A stretch of DNA of 64,000 nucleotides from Escherichia coli (GCF_022846255.1 NZ_AP025682.1); one strand, 5' to 3'. Shown: positions 47,236 to 56,559, counted from the stretch's first letter. Notes: a model not told the origin generated them from the sequence alone. Translations and numbers: made by a program.

Positions 47236-48564
47236 TTAACGGCCTTTTGCCAGATATTGATTCATCTCTTCTTCCGGCACCATTCCACCTCCCGTCGCCC
47301 ACACCAGATGAGTGGCATTACGCAGTTGTTCTGCGCTGAAACCGTGCATCTGTTGGTAACTTACTGATGCGCACACGCGCTGAGACCCGGCCATACCCGC
47401 CAGTGCCGATGGTTCAAGACGAATACCTTCTTCCTGCGCCAGCCAGCCAAGCATGTCATACATGGTTTGATCGCTAAGGGTATAGAAGCCATCCAGCAGA
47501 CGCTCCATCGCCCGCCCGACAAAGCCCGATGCGCGACCAACCGCAAGGCCATCGGCAGCGGTAAGGTTGTCGATGCCAATATCCTGAACAGAAATCTGAT
47601 CGTGTAATCCGGTATGGACGCCTAATAACATACACGGGGAGTGTGTTGGTTCGGCAAAAAAGCAGTGAACATGATCGCCAAACGCCAGTTTAAGTCCGAA
47701 TGCGACGCCACCAGGACCACCGCCAACACCACACGGCAGATAGACAAATAGAGGGTTATCAGCATCGACGATACGGCCTTGCTGGGCAAATTGCGCTTTA
47801 AGACGCTGGCCAGCGACGGAATACCCAAGGAACAACGTGCGGGAATTCTCGTCATCAATAAAGAAACAGTTCGGGTCAGACTGCGCGGCTTTACGTCCTT
47901 CCTCGACGGCAACACCATAATCTTGCTCGTATTCCACGACAGTAACGCCATGACTGCGCAGTTTCGCTTTTTTCCAGGCGCGGGCATCAGCAGACATATG
48001 CACCGTTACTTTAAAGCCGATGCGGGCGCTCATAATACCAATTGATAACCCCAGATTTCCGGTTGATCCCACAGCAATACTGTATTGGCTAAAGAACTGT
48101 TTAAACTCCGGGGAAAGCAGTTTGCTGTAGTCATCTTCAAGCGTCAGCAACCCCGCTTCCAGAGCCAGTTTTTCTGCATGTGCCAGGACTTCATAAATCC
48201 CGCCGCGTGCTTTTATGGAGCCGGAAATAGGCAAATGGCTGTCTTTTTTTAGTAGCAATTGCCCGGCGATCGGTTGTTGATATTCCTTTTCCAGCCGTTT
48301 TTGCATAGCAGGAATAGCAACCAGTTCTGATTCAATAATCCCCCCCGCGGCAGCCGTTTCAGGAAATGCTTTTGCCAGATACGGCGCAAAACGAGACAGG
48401 CGCGCATGGGCGTCCTGAACATCCTGTTCGGTCAGGCCAACATAAGGTAAACCTTCTGCCAATGAGGTCGTGCCAGGATTAAACCAGGTGGTTTCTTTAA
48501 GAGCAACCAGATCCTCTACCAACGGATACTGGGCGATGAGCGAATTCATTTTAGCGTTTTCCAT
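47236..48564 (-). CDS. dsdA: D-serine ammonia-lyase (D-serine dehydratase)
   Basis: 442-aa PLP-enzyme ORF with lysine motif SGSIKARGG. Confidence 0.92.
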   Translation of the reverse strand: MENAKMNSLIAQYPLVEDLVALKETTWFNPGTTSLAEGLPYVGLTEQDVQDAHARLSRFAPYLAKAFPETAAAGGIIESELVAIPAMQKRLEKEYQQPIAGQLLLKKDSHLPISGSIKARGGIYEVLAHAEKLALEAGLLTLEDDYSKLLSPEFKQFFSQYSIAVGSTGNLGLSIGIMSARIGFKVTVHMSADARAWKKAKLRSHGVTVVEYEQDYGVAVEEGRKAAQSDPNCFFIDDENSRTLFLGYSVAGQRLKAQFAQQGRIVDADNPLFVYLPCGVGGGPGGVAFGLKLAFGDHVHCFFAEPTHSPCMLLGVHTGLHDQISVQDIGIDNLTAADGLAVGRASGFVGRAMERLLDGFYTLSDQTMYDMLGWLAQEEGIRLEPSALAGMAGSQRVCASVSYQQMHGFSAEQLRNATHLVWATGGGMVPEEEMNQYLAKGR

Positions 48565-48581
48565 AGTACGTCTCTTTGCGC

Positions 48582-49919
48582 TTAGATGATAAATGACAGC
48601 AGGAATGTGCCCGCCAGAGCGATGACTGAAGCGATAAATGTCGCTGTCGTATAGTATTTAAATGTTTCATTGAGCGTAGCGCTGCAATATTGCTTCACCA
48701 GCCAGAAAAGCGAGTCTGTCACGATTGTGCAGCCAATTGCGCCCGAACCGATGGCAATTGCAATAATTTCCGGGCTGATGTCGGGATACAGCGGCAGCAT
48801 GGGTGCAACAATTGCCGTTGCCCCCATCATTGCCACCGTAGCGGAGCCCACTGCAGCATGCAGAATAAGTGCCACCAACCAGGCCAGAAGAATCGGGTGC
48901 ATATGCATATTGGAGAGAATAACTGCCAGCGTATCAGCGAGACTGCTGCTTTTTAAAATGGCGTTGAATGCGCCTCCGGCCCCGATAATCAGCAAAATAT
49001 TAGCAATAGAACCGAAACCATTTTCCGTATGTGTGAGCATCGTCCCCATGCTCATATGCTGACGTATACCCAACACATAATAGGCGACAAACACGGCGAT
49101 AAACATGGCAGTGATAGGGTTGCCAATAAACTCAAGCAAGGTATACAAACCACTCTCACGCGCCATATTCAATTCGGCAATCGTTTTCACCAACATCAGC
49201 GCAATGGGCAGCAGTACGGTGAATAACGTTGCGCCTAATGACGGTAGTGTTTTTTCATCGCGAACTTTGAGATCGGCAAACTCTGTGGGTACAGGCTTAA
49301 AGGGCAGTCGTTGACCCAGAAATTTAAGGAAAAGCGGGCCACCGATCAGTGATGCCATCAGCCCAACCAGCAAACCGTAGACGATCACCGAACCGATATC
49401 TGCGCCCAGCTTATTGGCAACATATAAAGCAGCCGGATGTGGAGGAACCACGCAGTGCACTGCCATCAATGCGGTACACAGCGGAATGGCCAGCTTTAAC
49501 AATGAGGTATTGGTTTTTTTGGCAATTGAAAAAGCCAGAGGAATCAATAGTACGACGCCCACTTCAACAAACAGCGTGATGCCGCAAATCAGGCCAACCA
49601 GCACCATAATGACATCAGCCGAAAGCCAGCGGCAGCGCTGAAGTGTCAGACCAATTCTTTCTGCGGCACCGGATACTTCCATCATTTTTCCCAGTATCGT
49701 GCCAAGGCCGATAACCGCAGCGAGGAAACCCAGCGTTCCGCCAATTCCACTTTCAATAGCATTTACCATATCCAGTGGTCCCATACCCATCATCGTTCCC
49801 ACGAAGAAGCTGGCCAGCAACAGCGCCAGAAACGGGTGGAATTTGAACTTCACGATGGTCAGTACAATTAACACGATGCTGATAAGCAGCGTGCTCACAA
49901 CCCAGATTTGAGAGTGCAT
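48582..49919 (-). CDS. dsdX: D-serine transporter (GntP family)
   Basis: 445-aa polytopic ORF upstream of dsdA. Confidence 0.9.
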   Translation of the reverse strand: MHSQIWVVSTLLISIVLIVLTIVKFKFHPFLALLLASFFVGTMMGMGPLDMVNAIESGIGGTLGFLAAVIGLGTILGKMMEVSGAAERIGLTLQRCRWLSADVIMVLVGLICGITLFVEVGVVLLIPLAFSIAKKTNTSLLKLAIPLCTALMAVHCVVPPHPAALYVANKLGADIGSVIVYGLLVGLMASLIGGPLFLKFLGQRLPFKPVPTEFADLKVRDEKTLPSLGATLFTVLLPIALMLVKTIAELNMARESGLYTLLEFIGNPITAMFIAVFVAYYVLGIRQHMSMGTMLTHTENGFGSIANILLIIGAGGAFNAILKSSSLADTLAVILSNMHMHPILLAWLVALILHAAVGSATVAMMGATAIVAPMLPLYPDISPEIIAIAIGSGAIGCTIVTDSLFWLVKQYCSATLNETFKYYTTATFIASVIALAGTFLLSFII

Positions 49920-50136
49920 ATCTCACCTTCCCCTGTGATTAACCTGATGATATTGGACAAAAAAACAACGCAGGCTGACAAACGATAAAATTTGCCTTTC
50001 ACATGAGCTAAATTGCATCAAGGGAGTGATTTACATCTAAAAATGAAGGTGAATTGAGATATGGTTCACTTTAGCTCACCTTACAGCTGAAATTTTGCCG
50101 CTATTTTTTTACACTTAAGAGAAAAATGAGGTGATT

Positions 50137-51072
50137 ATGGAACCCCTTCGTGAAATAAGAAATCGACTGCTTAACGGCTGGCAACTATCAAAACTGCATA
50201 CTTTTGAAGTGGCTGCCAGGCATCAGTCCTTCGCTCTCGCGGCAGAGGAATTGTCGCTGAGCCCCAGTGCGGTAAGTCACCGTATCAATCAGCTGGAAGA
50301 AGAATTAGGTATTCAGTTGTTTGTTCGTTCCCATCGCAAAGTGGAATTAACGCACGAGGGGAAACGTGTTTATTGGGCGCTAAAATCGTCGCTGGATACC
50401 CTGAATCAGGAAATTCTGGATATCAAAAATCAGGAGTTATCGGGAACGTTAACGCTGTATTCCCGGCCCTCTATCGCCCAATGCTGGTTGGTGCCCGCAT
50501 TAGGTGACTTTACACGCCGATATCCGTCTATTTCGCTCACCGTGCTCACTGGTAATGACAATGTCAATTTGCAACGTGCCGGAATCGATTTGGCAATCTA
50601 CTTTGATGACGCGCCGTCAGCGCAATTGACTCATCACTTTCTGATGGATGAAGAAATCTTGCCAGTTTGCAGCCCGGAGTACGCTCAAAGACATGATTTA
50701 ACCAACCAGGTAATTAACCTGCGCCACTGTACGTTGCTCCATGACAGACAGGCATGGAGCAACGACTCCGGTACGGATGAATGGCATAGTTGGGCGCAAC
50801 ATTATGCGGTTAATTTGCCGACATCTTCTGGAATTGGCTTTGATCGCTCTGATTTAGCCGTTATCGCCGCGATGAATCATATTGGGGTGGCGATGGGAAG
50901 GAAGCGTCTGGTACAAAAAAGGCTTGCCAGTGGTGAGCTCGTCGCGCCGTTTGGCGATATGACGGTGAAATGCCATCAGCATTATTACATCACCACATTA
51001 CCGGGCAGGCAGTGGCCAAAAATTGAGGCATTTATTACCTGGTTAAGAGAACAGGTAAAAACCACTTCATAA
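50137..51072 (+). CDS. dsdC: LysR-family activator of dsdXA
   Basis: Track ORF 50131..51072 trimmed to Met-3 (311 aa); divergent from dsdX. Confidence 0.88.
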   Translation: MEPLREIRNRLLNGWQLSKLHTFEVAARHQSFALAAEELSLSPSAVSHRINQLEEELGIQLFVRSHRKVELTHEGKRVYWALKSSLDTLNQEILDIKNQELSGTLTLYSRPSIAQCWLVPALGDFTRRYPSISLTVLTGNDNVNLQRAGIDLAIYFDDAPSAQLTHHFLMDEEILPVCSPEYAQRHDLTNQVINLRHCTLLHDRQAWSNDSGTDEWHSWAQHYAVNLPTSSGIGFDRSDLAVIAAMNHIGVAMGRKRLVQKRLASGELVAPFGDMTVKCHQHYYITTLPGRQWPKIEAFITWLREQVKTTS

Positions 51073-51171
51073 TGAATAAGACCACGAGTTCCTGGTGTGC
51101 CTTATTCGGCACTGCTAGTGCGAATTTAATAATTTACGGTTTTTACGTGGTTTTAGGGATAAACACAAGAA

Positions 51172-51186
51172 TGGTGTCCCCTGCAG
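51172..51186 (-). other. attR-type core: 15-nt copy of a tRNA-Arg (argW-type) 3' end (CTGCAGGGGACACCA on the minus strand)
   Basis: Exact match to acceptor-stem 3' strand plus CCA of argW as I recall that sequence; lies at the chromosome/prophage junction. Confidence 0.6.
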
Positions 51187-51259
51187 ACATCTACTTGAGG
51201 CGGCAGGGGATTGATTGGAATGGTGTTTTTTAGATGTGAGAAATATTTTACCCGCTATT

Positions 51260-51460
51260 TTACCCATTGGCGCGGCTTAAGAGCTTATTTTTGAATTCAC
51301 AATGGTCACGATATAACCATCTTGCTCTCCCGTGGATAACTTTGGCTTTTGGCAGGTCGCCGGACTTAATCCGGTCATAGATGAAGGTTTTACCGAAGCC
51401 AGTATCGGCCATGATGAATTTCAAATCAACCAGTGAATCAGGTTGTAGTTCGTGTTGCAT
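51260..51460 (-). CDS. torI: TorI-type excisionase / recombination directionality factor (66 aa)
   Basis: 66-aa ORF MQHELQPDSLVDLKFIMADTGFGKTFIYDRIKSGDLPKAKVIHGRARWLYRDHCEFKNKLLSRANG; matches my recollection of TorI, and is an AlpA/Xis-like winged-helix protein. Confidence 0.8.
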   Translation of the reverse strand: MQHELQPDSLVDLKFIMADTGFGKTFIYDRIKSGDLPKAKVIHGRARWLYRDHCEFKNKLLSRANG

Positions 51461-51478
51461 GAGTGCTATCTCCGAATA

Positions 51479-51494
51479 GGGAATCGAACCTGCA
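51479..51494 (-). other. second tRNA-derived fragment: 16-nt exact match to the argW T-arm (TTGCAGGTTCGATTCC on the minus strand)
   Basis: Exact 16-mer, about 300 bp inside the prophage, immediately upstream of torI. Confidence 0.55.
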
Positions 51495-51504
51495 AATCAG
51501 GCAA

Positions 51505-51525
51505 TAAAAAACCGCATTGATGCGG
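51505..51525 (-). terminator. rho-independent terminator (minus strand) downstream of the 114-aa gene
   Basis: Hairpin ccgcatcaatgcgg followed by a T-run on the minus strand. Confidence 0.5.
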
Positions 51526-51584
51526 CAATGGTAGGTCTGGATATCTTGAGAAATGAACGGGCCTCATCGAGTGTGAGGCTGTGG

Positions 51585-51929
51585 TTAGTCCTTGCGTAAC
51601 TCGCTAATTCTTCTGTAAGTCTCTGGTGCTTTGTTTCCGTGTATCTTCATTTCAGACTTCAACAGAGCAACGAGAGAATCCCATTCGTTGAGGATGCCTT
51701 TGAATGCCGGAACGCGCTTTGCAACCTTGTCGAATGAATCCCTGATTTCTGGAATCTGCTCGACAAGCGCAACGCATCGTCGGAAATCGGCTGCGTCATG
51801 TGGAGCACCGAAGCTATGACCATAGATATTCTTTTTCAGTCCACATGCGATTGAGGCAAGAGTTGCGCTACTGATGCCAACATCGCCAGTCGATTGCCAT
51901 TTCAAAACCTTCATAGCCAAATCTGACAT
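51585..51929 (-). CDS. hypothetical prophage protein (114 aa), no recognisable domain
   Basis: Track ORF; not hydrophobic; I recognise no family. Confidence 0.55.
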   Translation of the reverse strand: MSDLAMKVLKWQSTGDVGISSATLASIACGLKKNIYGHSFGAPHDAADFRRCVALVEQIPEIRDSFDKVAKRVPAFKGILNEWDSLVALLKSEMKIHGNKAPETYRRISELRKD

Positions 51930-51956
51930 TTCTTGTCTCCAATAAAAAAACCGCCA

Positions 51957-52124
51957 TCAGGCGGCTTGGTGTTCTTTCAGTTCTTCAATTCGAATATTGG
52001 TTATGTCTGCATGTGCTATCTGCGCCCATATTATCCAGTGGTCATAGCAGTCGTTGATGTTTTCTGCTTCGATAACCCTGTTGAATGGCTCTCCATTCCA
52101 TTCTCCTGTGACTCGGAAGTGCAT
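51957..52124 (-). CDS. hypothetical small prophage protein (55 aa)
   Basis: Micro-ORF MHFRVTGEWNGEPFNRVIEAENINDCYDHWIIWAQIAHADITNIRIEELKEHQAA whose stop codon sits in a strong terminator hairpin (gccgcctgatggcggc followed by a T-run); absent from the track because it is under 60 aa. Confidence 0.4.
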   Translation of the reverse strand: MHFRVTGEWNGEPFNRVIEAENINDCYDHWIIWAQIAHADITNIRIEELKEHQAA

Positions 52125-52266
52125 TTATCATCTCCATAAAACAAAACTCGCCGTAGCGAGTTCAGATAAAAGAAATCCCCGCGAGGGCGGGGATGTTAAG
52201 TCGGTGGGGGTACAGTATGGATATCGAAAATTATTGCGCGATTCTCATTACTCCCCTGGGAAAACA

Positions 52267-52725
52267 TTATCTGGCAAGCATACGTTGTTGATGCTGTTTC
52301 ACAACACGTAAACGTAAGCTGTCATAGGCCCAATTGTAGAACATGGTATATGGTAGAAAGAAAAGGAAGAATCCTATCTCTAGTGTAAAAGCCTGTAACA
52401 GACTGACGCTCAGAATCCAGGACACCATAATGACGCCGATCGCGATAAATCCACTTTCAAAGCCCAAAGCATGGAATGCACGAACTTTTGCAGTTCGTTT
52501 TACCTGATGAGCAGGCCAGTAGCGATCAAATAGCATGTTATAGATGATATTCCAGATCATTGCAGTTGAAGCCAACAAGATAGTCATCCCGCCCATTTCG
52601 AGTATAGTTCGCTGCATTAACCATGCTGTGGTGGGGGCCAGAATCGCAGTGGCAATTCCTTCAAAGCAAATAGCGTGAAAAATACGCTCAAGTAACGATC
52701 TGTGTTGAATCGCATTATGTTGCAT
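52267..52725 (-). CDS. PACE-family efflux protein (AceI-like; two tandem bacterial-transmembrane-pair repeats)
   Basis: 152 aa, four predicted TM helices, with the signature repeated once per half: ERIFHAICFEG and VRAFHALGFESG (compare AceI RLIHAISYEG / VRILHAIGFEG). Confidence 0.8.
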   Translation of the reverse strand: MQHNAIQHRSLLERIFHAICFEGIATAILAPTTAWLMQRTILEMGGMTILLASTAMIWNIIYNMLFDRYWPAHQVKRTAKVRAFHALGFESGFIAIGVIMVSWILSVSLLQAFTLEIGFFLFFLPYTMFYNWAYDSLRLRVVKQHQQRMLAR

Positions 52726-52828
52726 AACTTACCTTTCTTACAGTTTCGACCGCGTTATGGAGTTGTGAGATTTTTATCGATTTATGTGATATATAAAAGA
52801 TAGATACCATCGAAAAAATTGATAGATT

Positions 52829-53713
52829 ATGCGTTACTCACTTGAAGCGTTAAGTACATTTGTTGAAGTGGTTTCCTGTGGCTCCTTTTCTGCTGCGGCA
52901 CGAAGATTACGTAAAAGTCAGTCCGCAGTCAGTACGTCAATTGCCAATCTTGAGGTCGATCTTGGTATATCATTATTCGATCGCTCTTCGCGAGAACCTG
53001 TGCTGACAGAGGAAGGAAAGAAAGTATTGAGTTACGTTCATGCGATTTTATCAGCCAGTGAACGTCTTGAGGAGGTGGCGGTTTCGCTTGCCGGAGAGAC
53101 TGAAGCTCGTCTGACGTTTGTGCTTTCCGATACCCTACACCCTGACTTATTAGAAGACATCATGGTGCAGTTTGATAGTCAGTTTCCACATACTGAGTTA
53201 GAGGTTTTAATTGGTGAGGATGTCGATGTCATCGATCTTTTGCAAAAAGAACGAGCGCAGATCGGCTTAATTGAGTCTCGGGAACACTACCCCACCGATA
53301 TTGGCTCAACCCGTTTACCGATGCAAGCGTGGATGGGCATTTATGTTTCGGCGTCACATCCACTGTCTGCAGAAAAAACAATCCAGCGGGAACAACTTCA
53401 TTCATGGCGAGAACTTCGTCTTAATACTTATATCGATAACCGGGAGATGATTGCCCGTGGACCGGTTTGGTCTGCACCTAACTATTTGTTGTTACTCAGT
53501 ATGGCCGTACAGGGATTTGGCTGGTGCTCTCTGCCCTGTGCTCTGGTTGAGGAGTTTGCAACAGAAAAACCGCTGGTTCAGCTCGACGTACCTGGCTGGC
53601 CAAAGGCAATTTCTATCGATCTGCTTTGGAATAAAAAATCGCCACCAGGCGCGGCTGGAAATTGGCTTAAGCATCATTTACAGCATATCAATGCCCCAAA
53701 TAGTCGAACTTAG
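52829..53713 (+). CDS. LysR-family transcriptional regulator (AceR-like), divergent from the PACE gene
   Basis: 294-aa ORF with N-terminal LysR HTH (LEALSTFVEVVSCGSFSAAARRLRKSQSAVSTSIANLE); 103-bp divergent intergenic region. Confidence 0.8.
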   Translation: MRYSLEALSTFVEVVSCGSFSAAARRLRKSQSAVSTSIANLEVDLGISLFDRSSREPVLTEEGKKVLSYVHAILSASERLEEVAVSLAGETEARLTFVLSDTLHPDLLEDIMVQFDSQFPHTELEVLIGEDVDVIDLLQKERAQIGLIESREHYPTDIGSTRLPMQAWMGIYVSASHPLSAEKTIQREQLHSWRELRLNTYIDNREMIARGPVWSAPNYLLLLSMAVQGFGWCSLPCALVEEFATEKPLVQLDVPGWPKAISIDLLWNKKSPPGAAGNWLKHHLQHINAPNSRT

Positions 53714-53834
53714 ATTAGTTAAAATATGGAATCCTGAAATAATCTCTGTTGATATGTGGAGCCATCTTCCAGGCTCCCACCTAAATCATGTTAGCAGTTC
53801 CATTTTTTTGATGATTTCCGCATGAGCATCATCG

Positions 53835-53918
53835 TTATCCCCAGCGACAAATTGAATACAAAACCAGTGCTACCGCCATTGCAATTCCTACCGTTGCGAA
53901 TGCTTCAGGCCAGCTCAT
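53835..53918 (-). CDS. hypothetical 27-aa hydrophobic peptide, start overlaps the stop of the upstream gene
   Basis: ATGA overlap with the 214-aa gene; encodes MSWPEAFATVGIAMAVALVLYSICRWG (single predicted TM helix). Confidence 0.25.
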   Translation of the reverse strand: MSWPEAFATVGIAMAVALVLYSICRWG

Positions 53919-54559
53919 TGATTCACCTCCTGCGGCGGTTCTGGTAGTGGTATCCAGAACAAGGCGTTCCCTAACCACGATAAAGTGCCGTCGCTCAACT
54001 CCACGTATTCCCCTTGCACCTGTCCTGCCATATACTCACCGTGCTTTGAATAAATTAAAATCCAATCATCTTGAGCGGGCATTCGCTCACTACAGCTTAT
54101 CCAACCACCCGGAGTTACCGGAGAGTTGCCGCGTTCTTTAATGTGCAAGCGAGGCTCACCATCTTTTGGTTCAGGCCACTGGCGCTCCATGTTGATCTTC
54201 AATTTATCTTCCATAGCAGCGGTAATTTCAGCATCGCTGATGCCAGCACGGCGCTGTGCATCCCACAACAGGAACTGCATATCAGCCCACTCGCTGAGAT
54301 CGTCTGGTTCGGCTGCGGCTTCCAGAGCCTCTTTTGAGAGGTGTTTCAGTGGACCAATGGGGCCAACGCAGCCAAATGTGGAGTCAGACCATTTGGCATG
54401 CTCGTGGCGAATCTGTTCGCGTTCCAGTGAGGCGAGAGCGATTTTAAATGCTGTAAGCATGTGTGCTTGATCGTTGTCGAGTCCGAATGGCATTTCATCT
54501 CGTGCTGACTCAATACTGGTAATCGTATTTTGTAGCCATTCTTTGGTAAAAGTGCTCAT
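53915..54559 (-). CDS. prophage protein with MazG-like nucleotide pyrophosphohydrolase N-terminal domain (DUF550-like) and DUF551-like C-terminal domain
   Basis: 214-aa ORF; N-terminal acidic helices (EALEAAAEPDDLSEWADMQFLLWDAQRR) and C-terminal DUF551-like segment; common in enterobacterial prophages. Confidence 0.55.
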   Translation of the reverse strand: MSTFTKEWLQNTITSIESARDEMPFGLDNDQAHMLTAFKIALASLEREQIRHEHAKWSDSTFGCVGPIGPLKHLSKEALEAAAEPDDLSEWADMQFLLWDAQRRAGISDAEITAAMEDKLKINMERQWPEPKDGEPRLHIKERGNSPVTPGGWISCSERMPAQDDWILIYSKHGEYMAGQVQGEYVELSDGTLSWLGNALFWIPLPEPPQEVNQ

Positions 54560-54927
54560 CGTAAAATATCCTCTATACTGGTAAGTCCTTCATTATTTAG
54601 CCAGATCATGGCGTCATCCGGCAACTTGCTGTCTGGTTTGGCGTTTTTGAGAGAGGAACTCAGTCGCTTAATCCACATTGTCACCTCAGTAATGCGCCTG
54701 TCTTTGCCTTCCAGCTCAACACGCAGCTTCCCTACTGTTAGCGCAATATCCTCGTTCTCCTGGTCGCGGCGTTTGATGTATTGCTGGTTTCTTTCCCGTT
54801 CATCCAGCAGTTCCAGCACAATCGATGGTGTTATCAATTTATGGAAAAGGTCTGCGTCAAATCCCCAGTCGTCATGCATTGCCTGCTCTGCCGCTTCACG
54901 CAGTGCCTGAGAGTTAATTTCGCTCAC
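54556..54927 (-). CDS. Ead/Ea22-like prophage early protein (123 aa)
   Basis: Acidic coiled-coil protein; start overlaps the stop of the upstream zinc-finger gene. Confidence 0.5.
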   Translation of the reverse strand: MSEINSQALREAAEQAMHDDWGFDADLFHKLITPSIVLELLDERERNQQYIKRRDQENEDIALTVGKLRVELEGKDRRITEVTMWIKRLSSSLKNAKPDSKLPDDAMIWLNNEGLTSIEDILR

Positions 54928-55145
54928 TTCGAACCTCTCTGTTTACTGATAAGCTCCAGATCTTCCTGGCAACTTGCACAAGTCCGACAACCCTGAACGG
55001 CCAGGCGTCTTCGCTCATCTATGGGATCGCCACACTCACAACAATGAGTGGCAGATACAGCCTGGTGGTTCAGACGACGCATTTTTATTGCTGTATTGCG
55101 CTGTAATTCTTCGATTTCTGATGCTGAATCAATGATGTCTGCCAT
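54924..55145 (-). CDS. TraR/DksA-family C4 zinc-finger protein (lambda Orf73-like)
   Basis: 73-aa ORF with CxxC-N17-CxxC (CCECG...CRTCASC). Confidence 0.65.
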   Translation of the reverse strand: MADIIDSASEIEELQRNTAIKMRRLNHQAVSATHCCECGDPIDERRRLAVQGCRTCASCQEDLELISKQRGSK

Positions 55146-55243
55146 CTTCCATTAATCCCTGAATTGTTGGTTAATACGCTTGAGGGTGAATGCGAACAAT
55201 AAAAAAGGAGCCTGTAGCTCCCTGATGATTTTGCTTTTCATGT

Positions 55244-55525
55244 TCACCGTTCCTTAAAGACGCCATTTAACATGCCGATCGCCAGGCTTAAATGAGTCGG
55301 TGTGAATCCCATCAGCGTTACCGTTTCGCGGTGCTTCTTCAGTACGCTACGGCAAATGTCATCGACGTTTTTATCCGGAAACTGCTGTCTGGCATTTTTG
55401 ATTTCAGAATTAGCCTGACGGGCAATGCTGCGAAGGGCGTTTTCTTGCTGAGGTGTCATTGAACAAGTCCCATGTCGGCAAGCATAAGCACACAGAATTT
55501 GAAGCCCGCTGCCAGAAAAATGCAT
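55244..55525 (-). CDS. hypothetical lambda-type early-left protein (start may be the internal Met at 55459, giving 71 aa)
   Basis: Track ORF in the block between the TraR-like gene and exo. Confidence 0.4.
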   Translation of the reverse strand: MHFSGSGLQILCAYACRHGTCSMTPQQENALRSIARQANSEIKNARQQFPDKNVDDICRSVLKKHRETVTLMGFTPTHLSLAIGMLNGVFKER

Positions 55526-55535
55526 TCAGTGGTTG

Positions 55536-55727
55536 TCATACCTGGTCTCTCTCATCTGCTTCTGCTTTCGCCACCATCATTTCCAGCTTTTGTGAAAGGG
55601 ATGTGGCTAACGTATGAAATTCTTCGTCTGTTTCTACTGGTATTGGCACAAACCTGACTCCAATTTGAGCAAGGCTATGTGCCATCTCAATACTCGTTCT
55701 TAACTTAACAGGAGATGCTTTGTGCAT
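55536..55727 (-). CDS. hypothetical lambda-type early-left protein (63 aa)
   Basis: Track ORF; position equivalent to lambda orf63. Confidence 0.4.
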   Translation of the reverse strand: MHKASPVKLRTSIEMAHSLAQIGVRFVPIPVETDEEFHTLATSLSQKLEMMVAKAEADERDQV

Positions 55728-55888
55728 ATCGCCTCCCGTTTATTATTTATCTCCTCAGCCAGCCGCTGGGCTTTCAGTGGATTTTGGATAACAGAAAGGC
55801 CGGGAAATACCCAGCCTCGCTTTGTAACGGAGTAGACGAAAGTGATCGCACCTACCCGGATATTATCGTGAGGATGCGTCATCGCCAT
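55700..55888 (-). CDS. hypothetical lambda-type early-left protein (62 aa)
   Basis: Track ORF directly after exo; position equivalent to lambda orf60a. Confidence 0.35.
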   Translation of the reverse strand: MAMTHPHDNIRVGAITFVYSVTKRGWVFPGLSVIQNPLKAQRLAEEINNKREAICTKHLLLS

Positions 55889-56559
55889 TGCTCCCCAAAT
55901 ACAAAACCAATTTCAGCCAGTGCCTCGTCCATTTTTTCGATGAACTCCGGCACCATCTCGTCAAAACTCGCCATGTACTTTTCATCCTGCTCAATCACGA
56001 CATAATGCAGGCCTTCACGCTTCATCCGCGGGTCATAGTTAGCAAAGTACCAGGCATCTTTTCGTGTCACCCACATGCTGTACTGCACCTGGGCCATGTA
56101 AGCCGACTTTATGGCCTCGAAACCACCGAGCCGGAATTTCATGAAATCCCGGGAGGTAAACGGGCATTTCAGTTCAAGGCCGTTGCCGTCACTGCATAAA
56201 CCATCGGGAGAGCAGGCGGTGCGCATACTTTCGTCGCGATAGATGATCGGGGATTCATTAACATTCACGCCGGAAGTGAACTCAAAGAGGGCTCTGGCGT
56301 CGTTCTCGTACTGTTTTCCCCAGGCCAGCGCCTTAGCGTTAACTTCCGGAGCCACACCGGTGCAAACCTCGGCAAGCAGGGTGTGGAAGTAGGACATTTT
56401 CATGTCAGGCCATTTCTTTCCGGAGCGGGGTTTTGCTATCACATTGTGAACTTCTGAAGCGGTGATGATGCCGAGCCGTAATTTGTGCCATGCATCATCC
56501 CCCTGTTCGACAGCTCTCACGTCGATCCCGGTACGCTGCAGGATAATGTCCGGTGTCAT
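55879..56559 (-). CDS. exo: lambda-type 5'-3' exonuclease (Red-alpha)
   Basis: 226-aa ORF near-identical to lambda Exo as I recall it ([30 protein letters not shown]...). Confidence 0.93.
   Translation of the reverse strand: MTPDIILQRTGIDVRAVEQGDDAWHKLRLGIITASEVHNVIAKPRSGKKWPDMKMSYFHTLLAEVCTGVAPEVNAKALAWGKQYENDARALFEFTSGVNVNESPIIYRDESMRTACSPDGLCSDGNGLELKCPFTSRDFMKFRLGGFEAIKSAYMAQVQYSMWVTRKDAWYFANYDPRMKREGLHYVVIEQDEKYMASFDEMVPEFIEKMDEALAEIGFVFGEQWR

Noticed and set aside
51071-51235. 54-aa plus-strand ORF overlapping the dsdC stop and spanning the att remnant
   Set aside because: Runs through the tRNA-derived junction sequence and has no ribosome-binding site; likely a chance ORF.
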